Positions 28,786 to 41,211 of a DNA stretch of 64,000 nt are shown one piece after another. The stretch lies in IMG/VR virus record IMGVR_UViG_3300032007_000018, positions 136,445 to 200,444 of that record; one strand, given 5' to 3'. This stretch comes from a virus. Within the stretch, counting starts at the first letter, position 1; each line of letters begins with the position of its first letter. The notes beneath the pieces are model-generated. The model did not search any database. It had not been told where the DNA came from and saw only the letters and a program-made list of their open reading frames with translations. The position numbers and the translations under genes were made by a program.

Positions 28786-29796
28786 TTAGTCCTCCAAAGT
28801 TTCAATATGTTTTAACCAAGCATCTATGGTAATATTTTCCATTTCCATACCTTCCATTACTGAACGTTGACGTACTTGATTAGAAATAACCATTTTATCA
28901 TTCTTCGGTATAGATTCCCACATTTCTTTATGCTTGGCAAAATAAGTCTTAAAACGATGTTCTGTTGCATCACGATATTCTTGATTCTCTTGGTCAATCC
29001 ATTCGGGTTTATTCATAAGATAGTAGGCATCAAAAATCATAAAAGTAGTATAGAACTTTGCCTTATCTTCCATTTTACGATTAATAAATTGATCAATTAG
29101 AGCATCATTGCTATCAAGCATATTATTATATGTTTTAAGAATATACTTAGGGTCATGGCGACATACACTTTCATCGCGCCAGCGCCAAAGATAAAATGGC
29201 GTTTGACAATATTTTACATTTTCACTACAATTTTGAGCAAGAATATTAAAATAACTATCTTCATGAATAGTAAGATCATCATTAAAGCGAATTTTTTTAT
29301 CAATTAAATATTGACGACGATGGATCTTCCCATGAACAAAAGTGCTGTCCATATCGTGATTGATGAAATTAGGCTCTTTTGGAACTAATTCATTAAATGT
29401 GCCATCATCGTTCATTGGCGGCATACGAGTTTCCTCAACAAAACAAGATACTAGTGAGTCAAAACCTGTTTTCATTTCTCTAAACAGTATCCATAAACCG
29501 CACATGTTGTAGAACATATCATCTGCATCACAAAACATCACATAATCTGCCGTAGCATGGTCAAGACATGCATTACGAGTAGCTGAAACTCCTCTATGTG
29601 GTTCTTTATAGTATTTGACTTCAAATGGATAACTATTAAGCAGCGAATCACTGAGATAGATATTACTGCCATCGTTGCAAATAATTACTCCAATTTCGGA
29701 AAAGTCTACTTGCTATTGAAGGGAAATGCTATCAAGAAGAGGTTTAACTACTTCGTCTGTTTCTTGATATTGAGGAATAAGAATTTGCAGTATCAT
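28786..29796 (-). CDS. family-2 glycosyltransferase, one in-frame TAG
   Basis: N-terminal ...EIGVIICNDGS (GT2 DxD-region motif) continues in frame (1011 nt) through TAG into ORF 28786-29541 (DADDMF...). Confidence 0.5.
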
Positions 29797-29850
29797 AAAA
29801 TTCTCCTTTTACTCTTTTTTATTGTATTATAACACAATTTTTAATAAAAG

Positions 29851-30528
29851 TCAAACCCCAACAAATCGACTTGAAAAGTATGTCCAGTTAGTTGCTGCCT
29901 TGTAGCTGGCTAAAAGACTCGCTGGAACATAAATAGAGCCATAAGTTCCAGCTGTGGTAGAATAACCACCAATCGGAGTGGATGAAAATGCATTGGAGTT
30001 AGCTAAAGTTGCAATGGATGAATTGGTTAGGTAGAAAGATTTGAGTCTTATACAGCCTCTAAAAGCATAGCTACCAATATATGTACATTTTGGAAAACTT
30101 GCAGTAGTAAGATTCAAACAGTATGCAAAAGCAGAGCTACCAATAGTTGTGCACGCAGGAAAACTTGCAGTAGTAAGGCTCTTGCAGCTTGTAAAAGCAG
30201 AGCTGCCAATAGTTGTACACGCAGGAAAACTTACAGTAGTAAGACTCGAGCAGCTTGTAAAAGCAGAGCTGCCAATAGTTGTACACGCAGGAAAACTTAC
30301 AGTAGTAAGACTCGAGCAGTTGAAAAAAGCAGCGTCACCAATAGATGTTATATTATCATTAGTATAAGTCGAAATGGTTCGACTAATTAATGTGTTTTCT
30401 TCATATTTATTATAATTTAATATAATATCATCTTCGCAATATTTACTGGAAGTATAAAATGTTTTTGAAGCTGAGCTTGTCAACTCTGCAATTGTACTGC
30501 CTTTGTATGCTACAGTTAAAACCGCCAC
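29851..30528 (-). CDS. BspA-type leucine-rich-repeat protein (putative receptor-binding or tail protein)
   Basis: tandem repeats SLTTVSFPACTTIGSSAFTSC. Confidence 0.55.
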   Translation of the reverse strand: MAVLTVAYKGSTIAELTSSASKTFYTSSKYCEDDIILNYNKYEENTLISRTISTYTNDNITSIGDAAFFNCSSLTTVSFPACTTIGSSAFTSCSSLTTVSFPACTTIGSSAFTSCKSLTTASFPACTTIGSSAFAYCLNLTTASFPKCTYIGSYAFRGCIRLKSFYLTNSSIATLANSNAFSSTPIGGYSTTAGTYGSIYVPASLLASYKAATNWTYFSSRFVGV

Positions 30529-30557
30529 GATAAATCACCACCTTCTATATAATTATA

Positions 30558-31373
30558 TCAAACACCAACAAATCGACTTGAAAAGTATGTCCAATTGGTT
30601 TTTACCTTGTAGCTGGCTAAAAGACTCGCTGGTACATAAATAGAGCCATAAGTTCCAGCTGTGGTAGAATAACCACCAATCGGGGTGGATGAAAATGTAT
30701 TGGAGTTATATAAGGTTGCAACGGATGAATTGGTTAAGTAGAGAGATTTGAGTCTTATACAGCCTCTAAAAGCATAGCTACCAATATATGTACATTTTGG
30801 AAAACTTGCAGTAGTAAGACTCGAGCAGCGTCCAAAAGCCGAATTAGCAATAGATGTACACGCAGGAAAACTTACAGTAGTAAGCGGACAGAAATCAAAA
30901 GCAGTCCTACCAATATATGTACACGCAGGAAAACTTACAGTAGTAAGACTTGTGCAACCGGAAAAAGCATAATCACCAATATATGTACATTTTGGAAATC
31001 TTGCAGTAGTAAGACTACGGCAGATCCAAAAGGCATAGTAATCCATACTTGTGCACGCAGGAAAACTTGCAATAGTAAGACTCATACAATATTCAAAAGC
31101 ATGACTCCTAATAGTTGTACATGCAGGAAAACTTACGGCAGTAAGGCTCTTGCACCATGCAAAAGCACCGTCACCAATAGTTGTTATATGATCATTGGTA
31201 TAAGTCGAAATAGTTCGATTAATTATTTCATTTATTTTATTGTCTGGTGGAGGGCTAAACTGTACTGCAATATTATCCAAACAATACTTCCCAGCTGTCT
31301 TCAATGTCTTAGTTCCATCTGCACTCGTAGTGAGTATTGTACTTCCATTATATGTAACAGTAATATCAGCCAT
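30558..31373 (-). CDS. BspA-type leucine-rich-repeat protein, paralogue of 29851-30528
   Basis: same LRR_5-like repeats; near-identical C-terminal 60 aa. Confidence 0.55.
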   Translation of the reverse strand: MADITVTYNGSTILTTSADGTKTLKTAGKYCLDNIAVQFSPPPDNKINEIINRTISTYTNDHITTIGDGAFAWCKSLTAVSFPACTTIRSHAFEYCMSLTIASFPACTSMDYYAFWICRSLTTARFPKCTYIGDYAFSGCTSLTTVSFPACTYIGRTAFDFCPLTTVSFPACTSIANSAFGRCSSLTTASFPKCTYIGSYAFRGCIRLKSLYLTNSSVATLYNSNTFSSTPIGGYSTTAGTYGSIYVPASLLASYKVKTNWTYFSSRFVGV

Positions 31374-32182
31374 TAAGACACACTCCCATCATACGTAGGT
31401 AGACTTGCCTGTGTCCATGTGCCATTAATAACCATCAGCACTTTTCCATTGTCAGAGGTAGTGACAGACGGAAGGGATTTACCATCAACATACTGCTTCG
31501 TTGCTACATCCATATTATTTGTAGGCGCAGCACCAACAGTCAATTTTCCAGCAAGCACTTCATTACCATTCCAGTCAAGTGTTCTGGCATTAGAACGAGC
31601 ATTGTCTGATGTACCTTTACCTACAATTTCTATATATTGACCACGAACTGTACCATCTTCTCCAATTGCGTCAAGGACATTGTATTCTCCAAATACATGT
31701 TGACTTTTTCTTTGCGCGGTTGTACCCTTGCCTTCTGTATGAGAAATGTCTCCAGAAGCGGTTGTACTCTTACCTTCCGCATGAGAAGCTTCTCCAGAAG
31801 CAGTTGTATCATCACCTTCTGCATGAGAATAAAAGCCAGAGGCGGTTGTACTACTACCTTCCGCATGAGAACTTTCTTCAGAAGCTATTGTACTACTACC
31901 TTCTGTATGAGAACAAAGTCCAGAAGCTTCTGTACTAATACCTTCTGCATGAGAAGCGGTCCCAGAGGCTTCTACATCCCACCCCTCAGCGGTAGCCTTT
32001 TCGCCAAGAGTCGTTCCAGCTAATCGACCAGCGGTTACATAATGACCATCAACATAAGTTTTTACACCGCCACTAGTAATTAAATTATTACTATCTTCAA
32101 TTGGAGTAGTATCTGGATTTAATGCTTTACCAATAGCAGTATTTACTTGCTATCCGGAATAACTTAAATTATAATCTTCCAT
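31373..32182 (-). CDS. tail-fibre protein with SHAEG-x-STTASG repeats, one in-frame TAG
   Basis: 810 nt in frame; repeats ASHAEGxSTTASG typical of phage fibre proteins; TAG at codon 11. Confidence 0.5.
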
Positions 32183-32197
32183 ACTTTATTACCTCCT

Positions 32198-32662
32198 TCA
32201 GCTTATTGTAACAACTGGCACAGTCAATCTATCACTAGTATTTGACTGTAAATATGCAGGATCTGTAGTAATTAAAAAATACTCATAATTCCAGACATTA
32301 TTATCATCTTGAACATAAAGCCCAATCCGATAAATACCATCTCCATCAGTCAATGAAGAAGTATTAATAGTAAAATTAAAATTAACATTAGCATCACGAG
32401 AAGTTAATTCATATAATAAAATACCAGTAGGATTAGTTTCTCTAATATCTACTAATATATCATTTTCAAATCCATAAGAATTGCCACTTTTTACTGCGGT
32501 AGCATAAAACTTTTTAAAATGAACAGAAGAAGAAAATGTTACAGTTATACTTGAACAATCAACTGTCGTACCGGTTGGCGTAGTATATGTTTTTCCAGAT
32601 AGCCGCTGGTAAATATTTCCAGTTCCCCAATTCACCGTATAAGTTAAAATAGGTTGTGCCAT
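32198..32662 (-). CDS. hypothetical tail-associated protein
   Basis: 154-aa ORF. Confidence 0.5.
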   Translation of the reverse strand: MAQPILTYTVNWGTGNIYQRLSGKTYTTPTGTTVDCSSITVTFSSSVHFKKFYATAVKSGNSYGFENDILVDIRETNPTGILLYELTSRDANVNFNFTINTSSLTDGDGIYRIGLYVQDDNNVWNYEYFLITTDPAYLQSNTSDRLTVPVVTIS

Positions 32663-32713
32663 TTTATTCTCCTTTCTTTATATAAAAAATAAGGGAAGAA
32701 GAAATTTCTTCCC

Positions 32714-33670
32714 TTATTTTTTCTAGTTTTCATTAAATTTTATTACATCCAAAAGCAGCGGAGCATTATAACTTTCCGCAATGGCAGGAACATCTTTATT
32801 TAAACATTTACTATCCCACCAGGGCTAATCTCTATACACAAAGGTATGTGATGGATTTACTCTTGGATCTAGTATAAACAATTCTCTTAATTCTTCATAA
32901 TCTACACCAATCTATTCGGCTAAATTAAAGAATTGCTGACAGAATGAAACTTTAGTCGCAAGGAATGAATTCTCCATATATTTAACCAACTCTGCGGTTT
33001 TAGCATCTACAATACGAAATATATGTCGTCCGTCATATACTTTTTGCAGTATTTGCTAAACTTTGCGACACGCCACCTTATCTCCTCCGAGAATTGTGTA
33101 ATCAAATGTAAAATTATTGCAATGTTGTGTCTCTCCATAATATTCTGGACTAAAAATTACTTTTTTTCCTGTTTCTTCGCAGAGTTTATCTACTGTCCCA
33201 GGAAGTATTGTGCTTTTTAGAACAAAAATATCTGCGTTATTTTCCATAATCGCATTTTTTACTTCGGTGGTATCACACAAACTTTTTTCATTCTTTGGAG
33301 TATCAACACAAATAAAAGCAATAGAATATTTTTTATTTGGATAATAATTTTTTTTCACATTTTTATATTTATCATAAATAGCAGGACTTAACAAAGAAAG
33401 CTCTTTTTCTAAATTATGTCCTACTATGCCATATCCAATAATTAAAACATTACTAGAATTTTTAATAGTATTAAACCAAGGTATTATTTGATCAAAAATG
33501 TTTATAGCCTATGGAATTTTATAATATTGAAGCATTTGTTTGAATTTAAATTTTCTTAATTCTTCATCTAAACTCTTATAAAAATCAAAGTAGCTTAATA
33601 CAAATTCATTGACTGCTTGATTAGCCTCGTCCAATACTTCTTTGGAACCATTATTCCAGGGAAAGATTTT
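32714..33670 (-). CDS. UDP-glucose/GDP-mannose dehydrogenase-like (N-terminal and central domains only), several in-frame TAG; in frame with upstream GT2 (possible fusion)
   Basis: VLIIGYGIVGHNL Rossmann motif, ICVDTP, STILPGT, FSPEYYGE...ILGGD; frame readable only with TAG as sense. Confidence 0.4.
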
Positions 33671-34414
33671 CTACCAAACATAAATCGTACTAAAAACTGA
33701 TGGAATTAACTGTTGATAAATATCTAATCTATTACGCTTCTTTAAATCTTCTGCCAAGAGAGAATAGCATTTTAAAGTATTTTTACAAGCAGAGATATGG
33801 AATAAAACATTTCTACGAGTAATAGAGTTTGGATTCCACTTCCAGATATAGAAGTTATTGTCAATCCAAGCTATCTTTTTTGTTAGCGAAAATGCTAGCC
33901 ATAAAAACATCATATCGCCACTATACTCAAGTTCATCGGGAAAACGAATTTTATTATCTATAAGATACTGTCTATTGAATACCTTACCATGGACTCTAAT
34001 AGCATCTTTCTTTATTTCTTCCGTTTTCATATCTTCTTGATTTTTGATATAATATTCCATTATATAGGGAGAACCAACAATCTATGCGTTAGTTTCTTCT
34101 GCTTTTTTCATTATGGATTCTAACCCATCTTCTTTAGAAAACATATCATCTATATCGCAAAACATTACATAATCTGCGGTCGCGTCATCAAGCATCACAT
34201 TTCTTGTATGACAAACTCCACTATGTGGTAAATAAGCGTATTTAATTGGAAATTGATATTGTTGAATAAATTCTTTTGTTAATTTAACATCTCCGCCATC
34301 ACTACATATAATTACTTCAAAGTTTTTATAGGTTTGTAATTTAATAGAATCTAAAAAACGATTAATAATATCAAAATTCTCTTTATAATGATTAACTAAA
34401 ATCTATAGTTTCAT
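33671..34414 (-). CDS. family-2 glycosyltransferase paralogue, in-frame TAGs
   Basis: FEVIICSDGG...FCDIDDMF; C-terminal half resembles 28786-29541 (RQYLIDNKIRF). Confidence 0.45.
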
Positions 34415-34492
34415 ATTTTTACTCCTTTTTCTCTTATAGGGGTAAATTATTTAATAATTTACCCCCTATTTATTTAACTGATTTTTAAATTA

Positions 34493-34891
34493 TTAAGTTT
34501 CTTTCTCTAATCGCGTTTTTAAATCACTAATACTTGACCAACATAATCCACCATTTTGGTAATCATAAAGTAAAACTCCAACGGATCCAGTGTCAGCAGT
34601 TGGTAATACTGGACTCCAATCGTAATTACCATTTCCATCATTCATGATGCCAATAGCAAACTATTCATCGTCGAAACTCGGATGAAATGGTGGTAATGAA
34701 CCTAAATCATAAATTGATATATTTTTATTTGTTCCATTTCCAACTGCCATTAAACTAATAGCATGAAAATCATATACGCTATTCTCTAGAATATATCCAA
34801 TACTAGATTCCATATTTTCTGGCAATGCACTGACATTCTCTAAAATAGAGTCAATCTCTTCGCCAGTATAATTAGATACATAATCTGCCAT
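34493..34891 (-). CDS. hypothetical protein, one in-frame TAG
   Basis: 399 nt in frame from ATG 34891 to TAA 34493. Confidence 0.4.
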
Positions 34892-34925
34892 AATTTTTCT
34901 CTCCTTTTAATTTAATAATAAATTA

Positions 34926-37547
34926 TTAACTACCAGTTTGAACCTGGAAGTTTTTACCGTCATTAGTTACGAAATTATCTCCATTACTAGTGGAAAAGCC
35001 TTGTGAATCTCCGCTTTGCTCAGGATCTTGACTTGGGCTCAACGCATGAACCGCAGACCAAGTTCCACCAACATCCTGACCATATACGATAATCTCATAA
35101 GCACCATCAACATCGTTTACAGCATCGGTAGCAGCAAAGTCAGCACCGAAAATTGTAGATGTGACAGTAGTATTAGCCTCGACAGGACCACCGCTCATAT
35201 TCGTAGAACCGCCAGTAGTTCCAATAGCTTGTGCGGTAGAGGCAACCTGACCAACAGTATTAACGCATACCTTGAATGCAGCAAGAGCCTCATTTGCGCT
35301 CCAGGTAAAGATACAAACATCATTGTACTTCTCGGGATTGACCGCAGTACCATTAGACTGGAGACGAGGTGTATGCTGCTTAGATACCTTATTATAGTCA
35401 GGAGCATTTACATCAATTACAGGAGGTTGAGTATCATAGGTAACAGTAGCAGATACGGTAGAAGATACGTTACCAGCCGCATCCATCAACTGTAATGTAA
35501 TAGTCTTTAAACCATCGCTATCAGTAAGAGTGAGACTATTAATTGTCATATAGGTCTATCCAGCGTCAGCCTCAAAGGTCTACCAATCACTAGAAGCCTA
35601 ATCAAAATCACCATATAACTTATAACTTACGACTGGAGAAGTCTGTGTATCAGATGCACCAATTCTAGCTACAAAACCTCTTACATTAGTTCTTGCAGGC
35701 TCAACAGTAATGCCGTCAGCCTTAAAGAGGTTAAGAACTGCATCTGGCTCGTCAAGGTCAAGGGTAGTAGTGCAGGTGACTGGTGTAGTCATCTCATTGC
35801 CAGCGGCATCTTTAAACAGAGCCTTAATTGTCTTAGAACCATCATTACCAGCTAAGGTAATTGACTTAGTCGCCGCAACACTTTCCCAAGCAGGCTCGGT
35901 TTCGCCATCCTGCCATACCTTCATTTGAGATACGCCAGAAACAGCAATATCACCCTTTGCATCAGAAGAACTTACAGTAACAGTAATTGTGCGACTATTG
36001 GTGTAAGAACCAGTAGAAATACTACCAGTAGGAGCAGTTATATCAACGATGAATTCAGAGCTGTTATAAACAGCGGATTCATTACCAACAGCATCCTTAA
36101 ACTGAACGTGTGCGATATGAGCGCCTTCAGTTACGTTAGCGAAGGAGTAAGAACCAGCAGCATAATCCTCCCAAGAAGCAGCATTGCTGTCTAAATAAAC
36201 CTTCATCTTATCCATACCGGCACCGCCAGTATCAGTACCACTTACAGTGACACTAATGCTTGTGCTAGTATAATAAGAACTTGCGGTTACAGAACCAGTA
36301 GGAGCAGTCTTATCAAGAGTAATAACAACTGTGGTAGAAATACCAGTATTACCAGCAGCATCAGTTACTTCAAGTGTGAAGCTCTTGTTACCTTCGCCGC
36401 TAGAAATAGCCTCAATTTCAGCTTGGGTTACGCTTACGCTAGCAGTATAAGCGCCGCTCTTAATAGTAGAGTCGCCAAGTTTCAATACATAGTTTAAACC
36501 AGCAGCACTATTTGCGTCAGTAGCACCGCAAGTAAATGTTACGGTATTAAATCCGCTTACCGCAGAAATAACAGAAACATCAGAGCTTAATGTAACAGCA
36601 GGAGCGGTTGTATCATAAACAACAGCATATGGAGTAAGAGCTGTTACGTTACCGGCAATATCTTGAATCTTTACATTAATTTCCTTTGTACCATCGCTAG
36701 GAGAAAGGGTAAGATTCTCAATAAGAATTCTTGGATTACTTGGATTTTGGGTTACAGAAGTCCATTCACTAGGCTCACTATCGCCAGTTTCCCAAATCTT
36801 ATATCCAATAATATCTGTATCTTCGGTTTCAATAGCTGCCGCATAATCATCGTCATTTACATAACCAGGAAGATTTGCAGTATCATCAGCAGTACGGAGT
36901 ACAAGAGTACCAACTGCGGCAGTAGTATCAAGAACGATTGTGTCAGAAGCACTGGCACTAGTATTACCAGCAAAGTCGGTTACAGTTGCAGTAACAGTCT
37001 TAGTACCATCCGCGCCCTACAGGTTAATGGTAATATCCTTATAACCAGCAGTTCTATCAGACGCACTTACTGTATAATTAGTCTTTTCAGCATTGGCAAT
37101 ATCACCAGAAAGAGTAATGTAATCTACTCCAGAAGTAGCATCACTAAATGTGACACGAACGGTATTTTCGGTAACACGGGTAAAACCATCACCACTATTG
37201 ATACTTACCGCATCAACGCTTGGAGCAACAGTATCATAAATAGTTGCAGAGCTATCTACAATAGCACTAATGTTACCAACATCATCCATAAACTGAGCGT
37301 GAACATATTGATTACCCTGACCGCTAAATGTTACAGTCTTGGAAGTATCATAGGCTTCCCAACTAGATGGATAGGTACTATCGCTTGTTGAACCGACCGC
37401 ATTCTGGTTAGTCCAAACCTTCATAAAGGAAGCTTCACTAGCACTAATAGTTACGGTAGCTGTACTATTATAATAACTGCTAAGACCACTAAGCACACCA
37501 CTTGAAGGAGCGGTAGTATCTAATGTCAAATTAAACCATTGGGCCAT
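34926..37547 (-). CDS. large Ig-like-repeat structural protein (874 codons), in-frame TAGs
   Basis: three tracked ORFs (34926-35549, 35598-36485, 37017-37547) share one frame; 2622 nt = 874 codons; tandem about 90-aa repeats (TITVTVSSS...GNESA). Confidence 0.5.
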
Positions 37548-37572
37548 ATTTTTCTCTCCTTATTTTAAAATC

Positions 37573-37797
37573 TTAATCTACACAACGCTTACCAGATTCA
37601 TAAACTAAAATAAACCAAGGGCGATGCATAGGTTCAGTACGATCGTATAAAATAGTACCATCAGTATTCTTATTTATATAAGTTTCACCATTCACAATCC
37701 AAGTTTTTTCACGCAGATCGCCTTTTATAATTTTACTTATTCCTATTGGATGACCTTCAACAAGCTCTCCATTAATAGGCATCTTTAATAATCCCAT
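37573..37797 (-). CDS. hypothetical protein
   Basis: 74-aa ORF. Confidence 0.4.
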   Translation of the reverse strand: MGLLKMPINGELVEGHPIGISKIIKGDLREKTWIVNGETYINKNTDGTILYDRTEPMHRPWFILVYESGKRCVD

Positions 37798-37808
37798 AGC
37801 AATTCACC

Positions 37809-38183
37809 TTACTCATGTAAAATTATATAAATAGTTGAACGACTGACGGTTTCTAAAGCATTATATTCTTCTATAGTGCCATACCATATTTTATTTTCTA
37901 TAGCTTGCTAAGCCTAAATAGCTTGTGCCGCATAGTTACCAGCTATAATAGCAGATTGGCTGGCGCGTTGTTCTGCGCCAGCCGTTTTAGAAAGAATATT
38001 TTCCGTATATTCATTAGCGATAGAAAGAGTACCATCACTTTTTACTACTAATCCTGTTCCAGGTTTAATAGTACCGGCCTTCTATGCGGTAGCAAGAGAA
38101 TTTTTACATGCTTTAACCTAAAGATTTATATAATCGACGAGTTGCTCTAAACCAGCCTCGTCTAAATATACTTTTTCGGCCAT
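37809..38183 (-). CDS. hypothetical protein with several in-frame TAG codons
   Basis: 375 nt in frame from ATG (AGAGAGGAGTTATCTAATG) to TAA. Confidence 0.3.
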
Positions 38184-38212
38184 TAGATAACTCCTCTCTC
38201 TTTATTTAATTA

Positions 38213-39478
38213 TTATCTATTATCAATGATATTGGCAGAAGCACCGTCACTAAGCAAAGTACTTATATCGCCATCAGTGCCACTTAATTGCATATTGCGT
38301 CCAACAGTAAGTTTAAATGTGCCGGCGGTTGCGCCAGGATATTTAGCAATTTCATCATAAACAACGGCATAAGGTCCAACCACGACACGGCTATCGCCAA
38401 CTTTACCAGTGAATCCAGGAGCACCATTAGCAACAATAGAACCACCATTGAGTTCAACTTCACCTGCGCGCATTACTAAACCTGCGCCATCAGAGATAAT
38501 TTCGCCGCCGTTCATAGTGAACTTACCAGTGTTAGGCATATAAACGCCGCAAGCGGTATAACCAGAAGTCTGAATACCAGCAATTAATTTACCACCATTC
38601 ATAACAATTTCAACATCGCCTTGACCAGCGGTACCATTACCTTGAATTGGACAATTATCAAAGCACTTGATTTCGCCATCATTAAGTTCTAATTTAGCAC
38701 CAGTAGTAACAAGGACACCAGACTCTTGAGCAGTTACCTTACCACCATTCATAATAACCTTACTACCTGCGCCAGTAGCGCTAATAGCAACGTCATTTAC
38801 ACTGGTAACTTCAGCATTGTCAAGGGTAAGGGTACCATCAAATACAGCAACAGGGCGACCATTACTTTCAACTGCGCCATTCTTTAAAACAACATCACCG
38901 CCGTCGCAACTAATAAGTACGCCAGTGCCTGTCAATTCTTTTCCGCCAAGATCAAAAGTAACCTTCTTACCTGCGGGAACAACAATGGCAGAAGAAAGCG
39001 CCAAATCATCATCAAGAATAACTTCTACTTCTGGCTTATCATTGGCTACCATAGCCTTAATGCCAGCTGCATTCTCAACAACAGCAACTTCACCACCATA
39101 AAGAATGCGAGTTAATTCATCCTGCGGAATAGCCTCAACATCTTCGGTCTGTAAATAATTACTTAAATCAGCAATTGAACCAAAGTCATCCCATTCAGTA
39201 CCAGTCCAAGCAACATTCATTCCATCTTCGGTAATATTATAAACATCGCCCTCAGCTGGATTTTGAATATTAGCAAGAGCAGCTCTAGTAGCAACAGTAC
39301 CACGGAAGTGATATACACCAGCAATCTTAGCAGATACTTCTGCTAAATCGCCTGTCGTAGCATAATTACTAAGAGCAGCCTCTTGGTCTGGGAAACTGAC
39401 CTTGCGGGAAAGTTGAAGATTAATATTTCTAACTAATCTTTCAACACCAGCAGCATCTAAATATTGTTTTACACTCAT
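38213..39478 (-). CDS. tailspike / depolymerase-like right-handed beta-helix protein
   Basis: GG(K/S)xxL.NG...V.NGG repeats typical of a parallel beta-helix; 421 aa. Confidence 0.55.
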   Translation of the reverse strand: MSVKQYLDAAGVERLVRNINLQLSRKVSFPDQEAALSNYATTGDLAEVSAKIAGVYHFRGTVATRAALANIQNPAEGDVYNITEDGMNVAWTGTEWDDFGSIADLSNYLQTEDVEAIPQDELTRILYGGEVAVVENAAGIKAMVANDKPEVEVILDDDLALSSAIVVPAGKKVTFDLGGKELTGTGVLISCDGGDVVLKNGAVESNGRPVAVFDGTLTLDNAEVTSVNDVAISATGAGSKVIMNGGKVTAQESGVLVTTGAKLELNDGEIKCFDNCPIQGNGTAGQGDVEIVMNGGKLIAGIQTSGYTACGVYMPNTGKFTMNGGEIISDGAGLVMRAGEVELNGGSIVANGAPGFTGKVGDSRVVVGPYAVVYDEIAKYPGATAGTFKLTVGRNMQLSGTDGDISTLLSDGASANIIDNR

Positions 39479-39537
39479 ATTTAGTTTTCTCCTTTCATAA
39501 TATTAAAAATAAATAATATATTAAAATATTATTTTAC

Positions 39538-39972
39538 TTAATTATTTTCAAAATAGCTGTCAATAGAATCGTTAGATATTGGGACCAAATCTATACCATC
39601 AACAGTGCCTAATTTTTCCCAATTACCATTTACATAAGTATATTCATCATATAAATTATTACTTTCATCCTGGTTATTAGGAACATAATAAATAATACCT
39701 GTTTCACCAATGTTTGGTAAAGAATTTACAACAATATAAGATGTTCCACCGCCAGATGGACTTGTTTGTCCTTGCGAATCTGATGAAGCGGTAGACTGCA
39801 TCTATACCCATTGTCTTTTTCCGTTCTTTATATATTCACGAGACTCGCTGATAACATAACAAGAACTGCCCATAGCGCACCAGGTTGGCAGCAACTTTAT
39901 ATCTTCAACAGAATCAGCGACGAAACTATAAATTCCGGAAGCCCTATTCAAATGTATTTGATTATAAGACAT
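39538..39972 (-). CDS. hypothetical protein, one in-frame TAG
   Basis: 435 nt = 145 codons from ATG 39972; TAA overlaps next ATG. Confidence 0.4.
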
Positions 39973-40302
39973 TTAATCACCCTCTCTTGAAAAGAATTCA
40001 TCGATTTGCTCTAACGAAATTTCTTTGAACACATCATCTATAATCTATCTAACATCAGTATCAAAATTATTGTTAAGTCTTTCCATAACCATTTCGTATA
40101 TCTAATCAGAATAATTCTATGTTTTTTCATTTATCATTGTCTAAATGTAATCTTTAATTTCATCTGTGTCATAATTTGAAACGACATTATAGTTATAATT
40201 GATAATAGTGTGAGGAGTTGCCCCCATAGGTGTAGAATAATCAAATCGATCAATTTCTAAAGGTGAGCGTCCTTCGCTTGATAACCAAGTATATAAAGAC
40301 AT
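39973..40302 (-). CDS. hypothetical protein, several in-frame TAG
   Basis: 330 nt in frame from ATG after AATGGGGAGTGATTTTTAATG. Confidence 0.35.
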
Positions 40303-40493
40303 TAAAAATCACTCCCCATTTTTTCTTTCTAAGGAAAATAAAAAAGCAAATAGATTGTTTAATCAAAAATGCCCTATGTTGATTTTTATAAAAAAATAAT
40401 ATATAATATATATAGAAAATAAAAAAGGGGCAAGAGAGATAAAATATATACATACCAATTTTGAAATATTAATAGTAAAAGGAGTGAATTGGT

Positions 40494-41207
40494 ATGTCAA
40501 AACTTATTGATTTAACAGGATAGAAATTTGGTCGTTTAACCGTTTTACATAAAGATAATTCTCGTAAAACTTCTACAGGTAGTTATTGGGTTTGTCAGTG
40601 CGACTGTGGAAATATTGTTAGCGTTAGAAGTTTATCTTTGCGAAATGGTGAAATATCCAGCTGTGGATGTTATAGAAAAGAAAAACTTAGTTAGTTAAAA
40701 ACTGAAAATTTAGCTGGAAGGCGTTTTGGATTATTAACAGTAATCTCATTATCTGAAAAGAAAAATAATAGAGTTACTTGGCTATGTTAGTGTGATTGTG
40801 GCAATAAAATAGAAGTAACTGCACATGATTTAAAATCTTATCACACATAGTCTTGCGGGTGTTAGCACGAATCTCTAGGTGAAAGAGAAATTAAATTAAT
40901 TTTAGATTAGAATAACATTCCATATATCCCTCAATATCGTTTTCCAGATTTTGTAAATCGCATATATGATTTCGCAATCGTAGAAAATAATACAATTACT
41001 CGCTTGATTGAGTTTGATGGAGAGTAGCATTATAAAGAAAATTTGCTTTGGAAAGATTCGCTTTTAGAAATATAGAATAGAGATAAAGAAAAGAATAATT
41101 ATGCATTAACTCATTCAATACCTCTGGTGCGGATTCCATATTGGGAAAGAGGCAAAATTACATTAGATAAATTATTTAATGACAAATTTTTAATTAAAGG
41201 AGAATAA
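40494..41207 (+). CDS. homing-endonuclease-like paralogue, 9 in-frame TAG
   Basis: WVCQCDCGN, WLC*CDCGN, HT*SCGC, EFDGE*HYKE...SIPLVRIPYWERG. Confidence 0.45.
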
Positions 41208-41211
41208 TATT

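Noticed and set aside
29596-29832. 78-aa plus-strand ORF
   Set aside because: Antisense to the N-terminal part of the recoded GT2 gene (28786-29796).
30149-30367. Direct nucleotide repeats inside 29851-31373, considered as a CRISPR-like array
   Set aside because: They are in-frame coding repeats of BspA-type LRR units with no spacer structure.
36663-37391. 242-aa plus-strand ORF inside the tail region
   Set aside because: Antisense to the 874-codon Ig-repeat gene and composed of low-complexity I/S/N runs.
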